Shown piece after piece: positions 52,575 to 64,000 of a stretch of 64,000 nucleotides of DNA (positions within the stretch are counted from its first letter, which is position 1; the number at the start of each line of letters is the position of its first letter). The notes below the pieces were generated by a model. It searched no databases. It saw nothing but the letters and a program-made list of their open reading frames with translations, and was not told the origin of the DNA. Where the stretch lies: assembly GCF_963921235.1 (NCBI RefSeq), contig NC_086108.1:19530001-19594000 (forward strand), given 5' to 3'. The position numbers and the translations under genes are program-made. The DNA is from Mobula hypostoma. Taxonomy: Eukaryota.

Positions 52575-53020
52575 CATGAATTAAGTGAGTCTGCAATTTC
52601 CTGGAATGTTTCAGTGTGCCTGCTGTTCCTCTGATTTCTTTTGGTGTGTTGCCTGACTAGTTGGTTTGCTTCTGTGTGCTCTGTGGTTCCCTGATTTGAC
52701 ACACAGCGTGTGATGGTTGCTGGCTTGAAATAGTGTGAGTATGTAGCTCCCAGGCTTAACACAGTGTGCTTGGCTGCTCATTTGTTGAGTTCAGGTGTTC
52801 TCTGGTTTGATTCAGTGTCTATATTGTTTTTGGTTTGATTCAGTGTCTGATTTTTTTTTTCTCTCTGGTTTGATTCAGTGCCTGTGACATTTCCTGGTTT
52901 GATTCAGTGTTTGTGATTTTTTTTTTTCTAATTTGATTTGGATTTCACTCTTTCGATTCAGTGTGCAGTACTGCTCACTGCTTGACTCAATGCTGTGCTG
53001 TTCCCTTGTTCGAATCCTAA

Positions 53021-54838
53021 AGGCTGATTTTATATTTGTGCATCAAATGTAGGCCACAGGTACGGCGTAGCCGCATACCCTATGCTGTACTCTACGTTGA
53101 GCCCCACACCGTAGCCGAATGCGCACCTCTCCCAAAATGTAACTACGCGTCACGGTGATGCAGACCGAAACAACTGTGATTGGTCCGCTTGGTAGCATCA
53201 CATTTCCTCCTATGCTGCAATAGCTTCCCATTGGGCGACTGAAGGGCAGGGAAGGAACTCTGGCTGCAATGCTTTCCATAAAGCTTTACAGACCTCCAAA
53301 ATTATGGAGGACCCTGTGCTAACAATTATTGGCCTGTGAGTTTGATGTCAGTGGTGGGTAAATTGATGGAAAGTATTCTTAGAGATGGTATATATGATTA
53401 TCTGGATAGACAGGGTCAGATTAGGAACAGTCAACATGGATTTGTGCGTGGAAGGTCATGTTTGACAAATCTTATTGAATTTTTTGAAGAGGTTACTAGG
53501 AAAGTTGACGAGGGTAAAGCGGTGGATGTTGTCTATATGGACTTCAGTAAGGCCTTTGACAAGGTTCCACACAGAAGGTTAGTTAGGAAGGTTCAATCGT
53601 TAGGTATTAATATCGAAGTAGTAAAATGGATTCAGCAGTGGCTGGATGGGAGACGCCAGAGAGTAGTGGTGGATAACAGTTTGTCAGATTGGAGGCCGGT
53701 GACTAGTGGTGTGCCTCAGGGATCTGTACTGGGTCCAATGTTGTTTGTCATATACATTAATGATCTGAATGATGGGTTGGTAAATTGGATTAGTAAGTAT
53801 GCAGATGATACTAAGATAGGTGGCGTTGTGGATAATGAAGTATGTTTTCAAAGCTTGCAGAGAGATTTAGGCCAGTTAGAAGAGTGGGCTGAAAGATAAT
53901 AGATGGAGTTTAATGCTGATAAATGTGAGGTGCTACATTTTGGTAGGACTAATCAAAATAGGACATACATAGTAAATGGTAGGGCATTGAAGAATGAAAT
54001 AGAACAGAGGGATCTAGGAATAATGGTGCATAGTTCCCTGAAGGTGGAATCTCATGTGGATAGGGTAGTGAAGAAAGCTTTTGGTATGCTGGCCTTTATT
54101 AATCAGAGCATTGAATATAGGAGTTGGGATGTAATGTTGAAATTGTATAGGGCATTGGTAAGGCTAAACTTGGAGTATTGTGTACAGTTCTGGTCACCAA
54201 ATTTTAGGAAAGATGTCAACAAAATTGAGAAAGTACAGAGAAGGTTTACTGAAATGTTACCTGGGTTTCATCTCCTAAGTTACAGAGAAAGGTTGAATAA
54301 GTTGGGCCTTTATTCTTTGGAGCGTAGAAGGTTGAGGGGGGACTTGACAGAGGTGTTTAAAATTGAGGAGGATAGATAGAGTTGACGTGGATAGGCTTCT
54401 TCCATTGAGAGTGGGGGAGATTTAAACGAGGACATGAGTTGAGAGTTAAAGGGCAAAAGCTTAGGGGTAACATGAGGGGGAACTTCTTTACTCAGAGTGG
54501 TAACTGTGTGGAACGAGCTTCCAGCAGAAGTGGTTGAGGCAGGTTCGATGTTGTCATTTAAAGTTAAATTGGATAGATATATGGACAGGAAAGGAATGCT
54601 GAGTGCAGGTCGGTGGGACTAGGTGAGAGTAAGAGTTCGGCACGGATTAGAAGGGCCGAGTTTCAACACGAAGAAGCTCAGCACAGTGGCATAGAAACCC
54701 CACTGCCAACTGGTGTTTTGGCAGTGAATTGCAGAGCGACGCAGACACACCAACGCACAAGTATAAATGCTCACAATGGTGTAGCCCACTTGCGTAGGCT
54801 ACGGCGCCAAGCTAGTACGCATAAGTACAAATCGGCCT
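53021..54838. mobile_element. PIF/Harbinger-type MITE, split by CR1
   Basis: Imperfect TIRs AGGCTGATTT / AAATCGGCCT; 3-bp TAA TSD at 53018-53020 and 54839-54841. Confidence 0.78.
53320..54660 (+). mobile_element. CR1 RT fragment
   Basis: ORFs 53336..53899 and 53903..54379. Confidence 0.92.
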
Positions 54839-55061
54839 TAATGTCTGAATGCACATGGTTTCCCTGATGAAGTTCAGTGGGTGTACATTTCTGAGCATCG
54901 TTTGTATAAATCGGCCTTAATGTCTGAATGCACATGGTTTCCCTGATGAAGTTCAGTGGGTGTACATTTCTGAGCATCGTTTGTATAAATCGGCCTTAAT
55001 GTCTGAATGCACATGGTTTCCCTGATGAAGTTCAGTGGGTGTACATTTCTGAGCATCGTTT
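54825..55061. repeat. 79-bp tandem triplication
   Basis: Near-identical units starting at 54825, 54904 and 54983. Confidence 0.95.
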
Positions 55062-57354
55062 GAGTTCTGTGCCACTGCTACTATGTGTGTGCCTGTACTT
55101 TCACTGGATTGAGTCAGTCTACTCTGATACTCCCTGGTTTGATAAAGTGCATCTGCAATTCCCTGCTTTAATTTAGTGTGTGTGCTGTTCCCCGGTTTGT
55201 TTAAATTTGCTTTGCTTTTCCCTGGTTTCCCTGAACATTGAACATTGTGGGCATGCTTTGCTTTCGCTGGACTGTGCGGTGACACTTGAATGAATTGACT
55301 ATTTCTTACATCCTTCACATACATGAGTAAAAATCTTTGTCTCCGTCATAGTAATTTATAATAATTTATAATAAATAGAACAGTCAATGTAACAGATAAC
55401 ACTCAAATCAGCATGAGTTAATCAGTCTGAGGGCCTGGTGGAAGAAGCTGTTTCGGAGCCTGTTGGTCCTGGCTTTTATGCTGTGGTACCATTTTCCAGA
55501 TGATAGCATCTGGAACAGTTTGTGGTTGGGGTGACTCAGGTCCCTAATGATCCTACGGGCCCTTTTTACACACATGTCTTTGTAAATGTCCTGAATAATG
55601 GGAAGTTCACATACACAGATGCGGCTGCCCCCAGCACATCTTTGGGTTATGTTCATTTTTGACACAAATGACACTTCACTGGCAGCTTCAATGTATGTGT
55701 GATAAATAAATAAATATGAATCTAGTTTCATTTCACTTTTGTGCACTTTACTCTTCTCATTCATTGTGCTGTGCTCTTGTCTTTAATTATTGTGTCTCGT
55801 GCTCCCTTGTTGAAATCAGTGTGTGAGTGTTTTCCTGGTTGAATTTAATGGGTGTCGATCCCTTTGACACTGTACACTCAGTTTCTCCTTGGTCTTATTC
55901 AGTTGTGTGCTGTTCAAAGATTTGATTCAGTGAGCTTTGTTTTTTTCCTGGCTTCATGCAATGTCTGTGCTGTTTGCTCATTTGAATCACTGTATTTGAC
56001 GTTTCCTGGTTGAAATCAGCGTATGTGCAGATCCCCTGGAACTTATTGGCTGTGTAATTCCCAGGATTGTTTCTGTATGCTCATCTGCTGGCTTGTTTGA
56101 GAGTGTCTGCAGTTCCCCAGTCTGTTTCAGTGTGTATGTTGTTCCCTGGTTTGATTCAATCTTCTGTGCACTGACTTGAATCAAAGTTTGTGCAGTTCAC
56201 CGGTTTTAATTAATCACTGCCTTTGATGGTCCTTGGTTGAATTCTGTGTGTGTGTGTTGTTCCCTGCTTTGATTGAAGCTGTTCAGGAAAATTGCATTTC
56301 TTGTGCTTTTTGTAGAATATATTTTGATTTGACTGTCTTTAACGATTGAAGTGGAATTATTTTCTTTAATTCTCTTGGTTGTTAATGTGACACTGCAGTC
56401 ATTCCCAGTCTCCACAAATTAACCCTGGTCATAGAATTCACATTTCCATCTCACTTTCTCCTGTGTAATTCATCAGTTTCCTACCTCCTGCCAAATCAAT
56501 ATGACAATTCTGTTCTCTGTTTTCAGCTTATTTTGCCACATCATTTTCATTGTTTTAATTATGTTCTTAATATGTAATGTTCATTCCCAACATTGTTTCC
56601 TGTTATTGCTCCCCACTGAAATCTTAAAGACTTATTAGAGAAACGTGATCTGGATCCTTCCTGTGATATTGTACTCCCATAGACTGTTCAGTTGGTCAGC
56701 TGCCAACTTACAAAAAAAAGCACAAAAATCCTTTGCATCTTGTGCAAAAATGGATTGATTCAGTACAATTTTCCTCCCTGGTAAATTTTCACTTTATACT
56801 AATTATTTGTTTTTTTTTAATTTGGTGCTTAACTTTACAGAGTTTTGCCTTTTAAAAAGTACAGGCCTTTCCCGGGAAACAGATTCCTTTTTTTACAGAT
56901 GTCCATCAGTCGATTTTGTCCATAAGTTGGAAAATACACAAAAATCTCTTGAAATGGTAACTGTTGCTCCACAGTGTTATAATAAATGGCATTGAGAGTA
57001 CATAAGACAGTTAAGAACAATTAATAAAAGTGGAGAGGGAGAGGAAACCAGTTCTGACATTTGTTGGAATAAAAATATGTCTGCAAGTCAGAAGTTTGAA
57101 TTTAGTAATGGGAGTATGGGAGCTTGATCATTTGTCTGCAAGTTAGGCATTTGTAACCCAGAGATGGCCCATGGTTTTTTTTCCCCCATCTGATGTATTC
57201 TAAACAAATTAGCTCTTTGAATTTGTTTTCACTCATGCTACTGGCATTCCGTTGTTATTTATTAATCTCTGTTCATGAGGTGCTGGTTGTGTACACTGTG
57301 AAAATACAACCACAGTTTGGGAAGCAGTTCCAAGAACTATATCCACTGAGGTCA

Positions 57355-57650
57355 TTTATTTATTTATTCATTGAGCTAGAGTGTGGAATAGGCCTTTCTG
57401 GCCCTCCAAGCCACGCTGCTCAGCAATCCCCCGACATAATCCTAGCCTAATCATGGGACAATTTACAATGACCAATTAACCTCCCAACCGGTACGTCTTT
57501 GGACTGTGGGAGGAAACCAAAGCACCCAGTGGAAACCCACAGGGTCACAGGGAGAATGTACAAACTCCTTACAGGCAGTGGTGGGAATTGAACCCAGGTC
57601 ACCTGTACTGTAAGGCGTTGTGCCAGCCACTACATTGCCATGCCACCCCT
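57355..57650 (-). mobile_element. V-SINE
   Basis: B box GGTTCAATTCC and V-domain-like core as at 11845. Confidence 0.88.
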
Positions 57651-60165
57651 AAGGTTGACTGAACCAAGCTAAAGTGCCTTATGTCTTGGAGTAAACTCAT
57701 TGATTGTTCATTTGCACTTGATTAGGAAGTTCTGTTGAAGAATTCGGTACTTTTTCAGATGGTGCTATCTATGATCATGATGAGCTATGGTCTAAGGGGG
57801 GTGAACATTTAGTGTGATGGGTGTATTGCCAATCAGAGATGCTGTTTTACTCTGAATGGTGCTAAGTCTATTAAGTACAATAAGAGCTGCACTTGTGCAG
57901 ACATGGAAACTCTGGTATCATGCTCCTGGCTTCCACCTATCAGTATCTTCAGGATTCAGAAAGTAACTTACTCAGTACAGAATACCAGACCTCTTACCAG
58001 CTACTGAACTCAGTACTTCTACATCATTTCTGCTCAATAGTAACCACCAGAAAGCTGAAGGATGATCCTCCGTGAAAGCCAGTGGCAGTAAATGCCATTG
58101 ATTAGATTCTCTCCCATTGGAGATGGACATGGTACCAGTTATAAATGAATGTTCTTCCACCATCTTCAGCCCAGTCATCAATCTGGGTCAGGTCAAGGAG
58201 CACCAAAGTATGGAGGGGTGTGGACAAAACTGAACATTGTGCATCGGAACGTCACTCACTCTGAACTACTGACGGGGGGGAAGGAGGGACGATTGGCTTT
58301 CAGGAACTTGGGTACAAAAATCTTTGTACAGCAGGAGATGCTTTAGATCATTTCTCTGCTGTGCAAAGAGTGGCAATTCCACCATCCATCCCTCTGTTCC
58401 CAATGGTCTTCGGAATATCAATCCTCTCCAGCAGTGAGTTCCAGTTACTGTACCATCCACCATACCACCAAATATATTTGCCTCAAATGCCTTCTCATCC
58501 TCCTACCCCTTCCGTAAACTTACCTGTTGCTTCTCACCCAGACTGGGCTTTAAATATTCCCTCTGCTGTGAAGGAAACAAACCCTGCTCAGCTAATCTTT
58601 CCTCGTGCTCTGCCAAAATCATTGCTGTTCTCCTCTGCGCACTCTCTAGTACTTCCTAATGCATACTGACCCGACCTGTACACCATGTTCCTGTTGTGAA
58701 TAAACTATAACACTCCAGTGTGAACACCACCACCCCTATGCCCTCTCCATTTCTATTCTACACCTTGATCAGTAGAGAAAGGTAACCTGTCCAACTACTT
58801 TTATCTCTCCAACTATCTTTACAGACCTGTGAATATGCATCCCATGATCCTTCAATTCCTGTGCACATCTCAGTATCCGGCTGGCAATGATAAGCTGCTG
58901 ACAACAGCTGGGTACTTTTTGGTGCTCAGGCTGACAGAGTTTGACCCAATCCACTGCAATTGTTTTTAATTCTCCAAAGCAGGGGTTCCCACCCTGGGGT
59001 CCCCAAACCCTTGGTGAACGGTAAGGCTCCGTGGCATAAACAAGTTTGGTAACTCATATTCCTTTCTGCTACTGGCCTGATGCGGAGAGTCACTCCTAAT
59101 CATGATTCCATACAGTCAAACATGACTGAGCATTTTCCTATTTTCGTGTTTTATAACGATTGGAAGTATGTCAAGGACTGGAGCACCAACATACAGGACT
59201 GCTGCCAGGATATTACTTAACATAAACTTTTTGCTGTATCCAGAACTTGCAGACACAAGGAGTGAGTCAAACTAACTGAAGATGGCTTATGTGTTGGTGG
59301 GAAACCCAAGAGAATTTCACAATGACTCACCTTCTGGATGAAAATAGCTGCAAATGTTCCAAACATCAAATATTGAGGAAAGTGGAATCTGAAGCAACAA
59401 ATAATTTGCTTGAATGACTCAGTGGGTTGAGAAAAATCTGTGGGAGGAAAAGCACTGTCAATGTTTTGGTTTGAAATGGACTGAGAGGAAAGAGGGCAAA
59501 GGGAATGGTGACAAGGATTCTGAGGTGATTGGGGGCACTGAGGCAGAGTACAAGATGATAGGCTGGGGTGCCAGGTAGGGGAGATGAGTGGCTGTGGATT
59601 TGGGAGATAGTGGCAGGTGAATGAGATGGGGAGCGGGGAGGAGGATGATCATCCCCCAGGGTTGGGCGAAGGGAGTGGGCAGATGGGTGACGGTTTCTAG
59701 AGGGCAAAAAGCAGGAAAACAAAGCCCCATAGTGTTAGGTACTGTAATTAAATGAGCTGAAAATGGGGGCCATTAGGGAAGAGATAAACTGCAATTGGAA
59801 CCAGACAGTGGGTTAGGTCTACAGTGGAGGTGGCTCTCTACCACGAGGCATGAAGGATGGCGAAAGGAGCCTCCAATTTTTGCTGAGTATTGGAACACTT
59901 ATTTAAAACTATAAGGCACGCACTTAAGGTGAAAAGGAGAAAGCTGGAAGGAGATGCACTGGGCATCTCTCAGTGATGGGTACCAGCAATGATCTTAGAT
60001 AGACACATGAATGTGCAGAGAATGGAGGGATATGGACCATGTTCAGGCAGAAGGTATTAGGTGTCGCAAACAACAGGAATTCTGCAGATGCTGGAAATTC
60101 AAGCAACACACACAAAAGTTGCTGGTGAACGCAGCAGGCCAGGCAGCATCTCCAGGAAGAGGTGC

Positions 60166-60201
60166 AGTCGACGTTTCAGGCCGAGACCCTTCGTCAGGAC
60201 T
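60166..60201 (-). ncRNA. Minimal type I hammerhead ribozyme motif (PLE-associated)
   Basis: AGUC-CUGACGA-A-GGGU(CUCG)GCCU-GAA-ACGU-C/GACU: stem I AGUC:GACU, intact core, loop-less palindromic stem III, GUC cleavage triplet. Confidence 0.8.
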
Positions 60202-60581
60202 AACTGAAGGAAGAGTGGGTAAGGGATTTGAAAGTTGGAGGGGTAGGGGGAGATCCAAAATGATAGGAGAAGACAGGAGGGGAAGGGATGGAGCCAAGAG
60301 CTGGACAGGTGATAGGCAAAAGGGATACGAGAGGATCATGGGACAGGAGGTCTGGGAAGAAAGAAAAGGGGGATATACCCCTTGCCCATCCTCTGGGTCC
60401 TCCACCCCCCCCCGCTTGTCTTTCTTCCCAGACCTCCTGTCCCATGACCCTCTCGTATCCCTTTTGCCTATCACCTGTCCAGCTCTTGGCTCCATCCCTC
60501 CCCCTCCTGTCTTCTCCTATCATTTTGGATCTCCCCCTCCCCCTCCAACTTTCAAATCCCTTACTCACTCTTCCTTCAGTT

Positions 60582-60617
60582 ATTCCTGACGAAGGGTCTA
60601 GGCCTGAAACGTCGACT
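60582..60617 (+). ncRNA. Minimal hammerhead ribozyme motif, second arm
   Basis: AUUC-CUGACGA-AGGGUCUAGGCCU-GAAACGUC-GACU; core intact, one stem I mismatch. Confidence 0.72.
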
Positions 60618-60939
60618 GCACCTCTTCCTAGAAATGCTGCCTGGCCTGCTGCATTCACCAGCAACTTTTATGTGTGTTGCAGGGATTAGGTGTCATTCAC
60701 TCAATTAGCTCAGCATAACGGCGTATAAGACATCTCAATAAGACATCTCAATGGTCAGCAAGAGCTATGTTTTCCAGTGCCATCGGGACAGCAAAACAGG
60801 ACTATTCACAGGGAATATACAGCCACTTTTGTGTAGCAGAGTATTCAGATCATAACAGACTACAAGACAACCCTGCAGGTCAGTGACATTGATGCTTCTT
60901 TTCCGGGTTGGTTGAATGTGTTTTAAGTTCGGTTTGATG

Positions 60940-62128
60940 CCTGGAATAATCAGTTGATGAGTGCTGAGGGATCGTGCAGCCCAGTTGACAGAGGTTCTAA
61001 CAGACATCTTCAAATCACTCTGGAACAGTCCACTGTCTCCACAGGCTTCAAGGAGGCCACCATCATCCCAGTGCCCAAGAGGGTGATAGTAACCTCCCTC
61101 AATGACTACTGGCCAGTGGCACTGACCTCAACAGTAACGAAGAGCTTTGAATGGCTGCTTATGGATCATAGTAAATCCCATCTTCCTGCTACGTTGGACA
61201 CTTTCCATCTTGTTTATTGCTCCAGTAAGTCCACTGATAATGCCAAGCACTCTGCACTGTGCTCATCCTATCCCATGTGGAAAATGATGCCTCATATGCC
61301 AGGCTGCTGGTTATCAATTTTACCTTGGTGTTTAATACAATCATCCCTTAAAAGCTGAGGAGTAAGCTGACCTCGTTGGATCTCAACTGGATCTTTTGGA
61401 GTTCTTGAGAGAGAGACCACAGTCAGTCCATGTTGGCAGTAACATCTTCAGCTCTGTCACGCTGAGCACCGGCACCCCTGGGGTTGTGTGCTCAACCTGC
61501 TGCTGTTCACACTGCTGACACGTGATTGTACTGCTCGATCCAGTTCAAACCCAATCATCAAGTTTGCTGATGACACAACAATGGCTGGTCTCATCAACAG
61601 ACAAAGGGGGAGGTAGAGGAGCTGGTATAATGGTGCAAGCACAACAACTTGAGTCTCAGCAAGGACAAGACCAAAGAAATGGTTGTTAACTTTAGGAAGA
61701 TGCAGGCTGACCACTTTTCACTGTACAAAATGGCTCCTCTGTGGAGAGAGTTAGGAACACCAAGTTTTTGGGAGTACACAACATGGACAATCTCATTTGG
61801 TTCTTCAACACCACCGCTTTGGTCAAGAAAGCACAGCAGTGTCTTCACTTCCAGAGGAGACTGAGGTGAGTGAGGCTCCACCCCCCTCCCCCCCACTAAC
61901 CAATTTTTACAGGAGTACCATGGTGAATGACTGGCCACATTGCCTTCCCAAATGGGAATTGCAAGGTATCTAGCTGCAAGTCCCTACAAAGGATTGTAAG
62001 GATTGCTGAGAGGATCATTGAGATCTCTGGGTGGAAGAGACATTTATTGGGATTGTCAATGATCGCACCCATCTTTCCAACAATCTTTGACTCCCTACCA
62101 TCAGGCAGGAAGTTCCATAGCATTAGAC
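60940..62128 (+). mobile_element. Decayed Rex1/Babar-like RT fragment
   Basis: [26 protein letters not shown] and LPSGRKF motifs. Confidence 0.8.
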
Positions 62129-63535
62129 CATAAGACATAGGAGAAGAATTAGGCTATTTGGCTCATTGAGTCTGCTCTGCCATTCAATCATAGCTGATCC
62201 TTTTTCTCCTCCTTAGCTCCACTCCTGGCATCTCCTCATAACCTTTCATGCCATGTCCAATCAAGAACCTTTCAAGCTCTGCCTGAAGTACACTCAACAA
62301 CCTGGTCTCCACAGCTGCCTGCGGTAACAAATTCCACAAATTCACCACCCTCTGGTTAAAGAAATTTCTCCGCATTTGCTTCAGATTCCGAATTCATTCC
62401 CATTCACCCACCCACCTCACCCTCACCTGTCTTCACTTAACACCTGCCAGCTTGTATTCCTTTCCCTTCCCTACCTTCTTATTCGGGTACCTTCCCCCTT
62501 TTTTTCCAGTCCTGTTGAAGGATCTCAACCTGAAACATTCTCTCTGCAGATGATGCCCGACCTGCAGAGTTCCAGTGGCATTTTGTAAGTGTTAGTCTGA
62601 ATTTTCAGCATCTGCAGGATCCCTTGTGTTTCTTTTGAACCTGTTTCTCCACACCCTCCTCCTGAGGCCTGGAAATTTCTTACTTAGGCCTAAGGTAGGC
62701 TTGTGTCAGCTCTGGATGGCTTAGGTAGTATAGAAGTGGAATTTAAGCAGCAGAGGTGTCTCTGCCCAAAATCATATGGGAACCCACAAATCAAAATAGT
62801 TGAAGTTGGCACTGGTGGCTTAAGTGAGCATCATTGCCACTCCAGGATTTCTATATGGATGTACGTAGAGTTGGACAAGGACTGTTGGGATGGAAAACAG
62901 CTTCTTCTCCCAGGCTGTAAGACTACTGAACTCCCTGCCACCACCCAGGTCTCATCATGCCTGAAGTGCTCATAGCAAGATACTGCTTACTGTTGAACTT
63001 GTGTCATAAATGCTCCTTATTAGTTGTTAATTTACTAATGGTAACATATGTGAGTTATATGTTAAAAATGTGTTGTGAACCTTCTTCTGGAGGAACATTG
63101 TTTCATTTAGTGATGCATCTGAATGACAATAAACTGAATTTGAACTTGATAATATTGTAGGCCGAAGGATCTGCTCCTGTCTGTATTGTTCTGTGTTCCA
63201 TTTTCTATATTCTTTTATCTGTGTTCTGATCCCAGTAGAAGAGGCCTGCATGCAACCTGTGTTGGCATCTCATTTTTAAATATAAGTGTCTTATGCAATT
63301 CCTGGCAATCCATTTTGCACATCTTTGCTGAACTTCAATCAGTCCTCTGGCAATAAATAGGTTTACAGAATAAGAATCAGTTTGACTTGGAGTTATTGTT
63401 GTGTGGATTCACTGTTTTATGCAGCGAGATCCAAGAAACATTTTGATTCACATTCACCGGAGTTCAAAAGAATGTGAGATAATCTCTTTGAGACAGAGAG
63501 GACAACTGTCAGAGAAGATCTAATATCTGGAAACA

Positions 63536-64000
63536 CTCTCTTCTCCCCCTCCCCCCTCCTCTCTATTCTCTCCCCCTCCCCCCTCCTCTCTATTCTCTCC
63601 CCCTCCCCCCTCCTCTCTATTCTCTCCCCCTCCCCCCTCCTCTCTCTTCTCTCCCCCTCCCCCCTCCTCTCTCTTCTCTCCCCCTCCCCCCCTCCTCTCT
63701 CTTCTCTCCCCCTCCCCCCCTCCTCTCTCTTCTCTCCCCCTCCCCCCTCCTCTCTCTTCTCTCCCCCTCCCCCCTCCTCTCTCTTCTCTCCCCCTCCCCC
63801 CTCCTCTCTCTTCTCTCCCCCTCCCCCCCTCTCTCTTCTCTCCCCCCCCCCCTCTCTCTCTCTCTCCCCCTCCCCCCTCCTCTCTCTTCTCTCCCCCTCC
63901 CCCCTCCTCTCTCTTCTCTCCCCCTCCCCCCCCTCTCTCTTCTCTCCCCCTCCCCCCCTCTCTCTCTCTCTCCCCCTCCCCCCCTCCTCTCTCTTCTCTC
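63536..64000. repeat. CT-rich minisatellite (~29-bp unit), runs off the window
   Basis: CCCCCTCCCCCTCCTCTCT(A/C)TTCTCT repeats. Confidence 0.95.

Larger units (their letters stand above)
60066..60680. mobile_element. Young fold-back PLE mini-element
   Basis: Inverted arms 60103-60364 and 60419-60680; TSD AGG(T/G)ATTAGGTGTC at 60052-60065 and 60681-60694. Confidence 0.9.

Noticed and set aside
54860..54880. CTGATGA in the 79-bp repeat as a hammerhead or C/D box
   Set aside because: No stem II/GAAA or box partner
63425..63500. Possible plus-strand exon after TTTTATGCAG
   Set aside because: Resembles the decayed CR1 SLEFRRMRGDLIET region

Overview
Repeat-dense vertebrate DNA. The repeat repertoire (esterase-bearing CR1 LINEs, V-SINEs, Rex1/Babar LINEs, Penelope-like elements) suggests a cartilaginous fish, possibly a ray; this is inference. 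The only host gene I can support is the first coding exon of IMP3 (U3 snoRNP protein) on the minus strand at 24756-24892. The six-frame track misses it, and its first intron appears to run off the left edge (>24.7 kb). Most of the rest is nested transposable elements: CR1, Rex1/Babar, a decayed Gypsy provirus, two solo LTRs, hAT, Harbinger and Chapaev3-like DNA elements, V-SINEs and two distinct Penelope-like (PLE) families. The strongest signal is a 2.76-kb PLE insertion (7836-10598) that starts, is punctuated by and ends in TTAGGG-type repeats, in the polarity described for telomere-attached Athena-type PLEs, yet it keeps a GIY-YIG C-terminal remnant. The second is a set of TSD-flanked fold-back mini-elements from another PLE family that carry minimal hammerhead ribozymes with a palindromic stem III. 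Family names come from motifs recognised by eye, no database search was run, and many boundaries are approximate.
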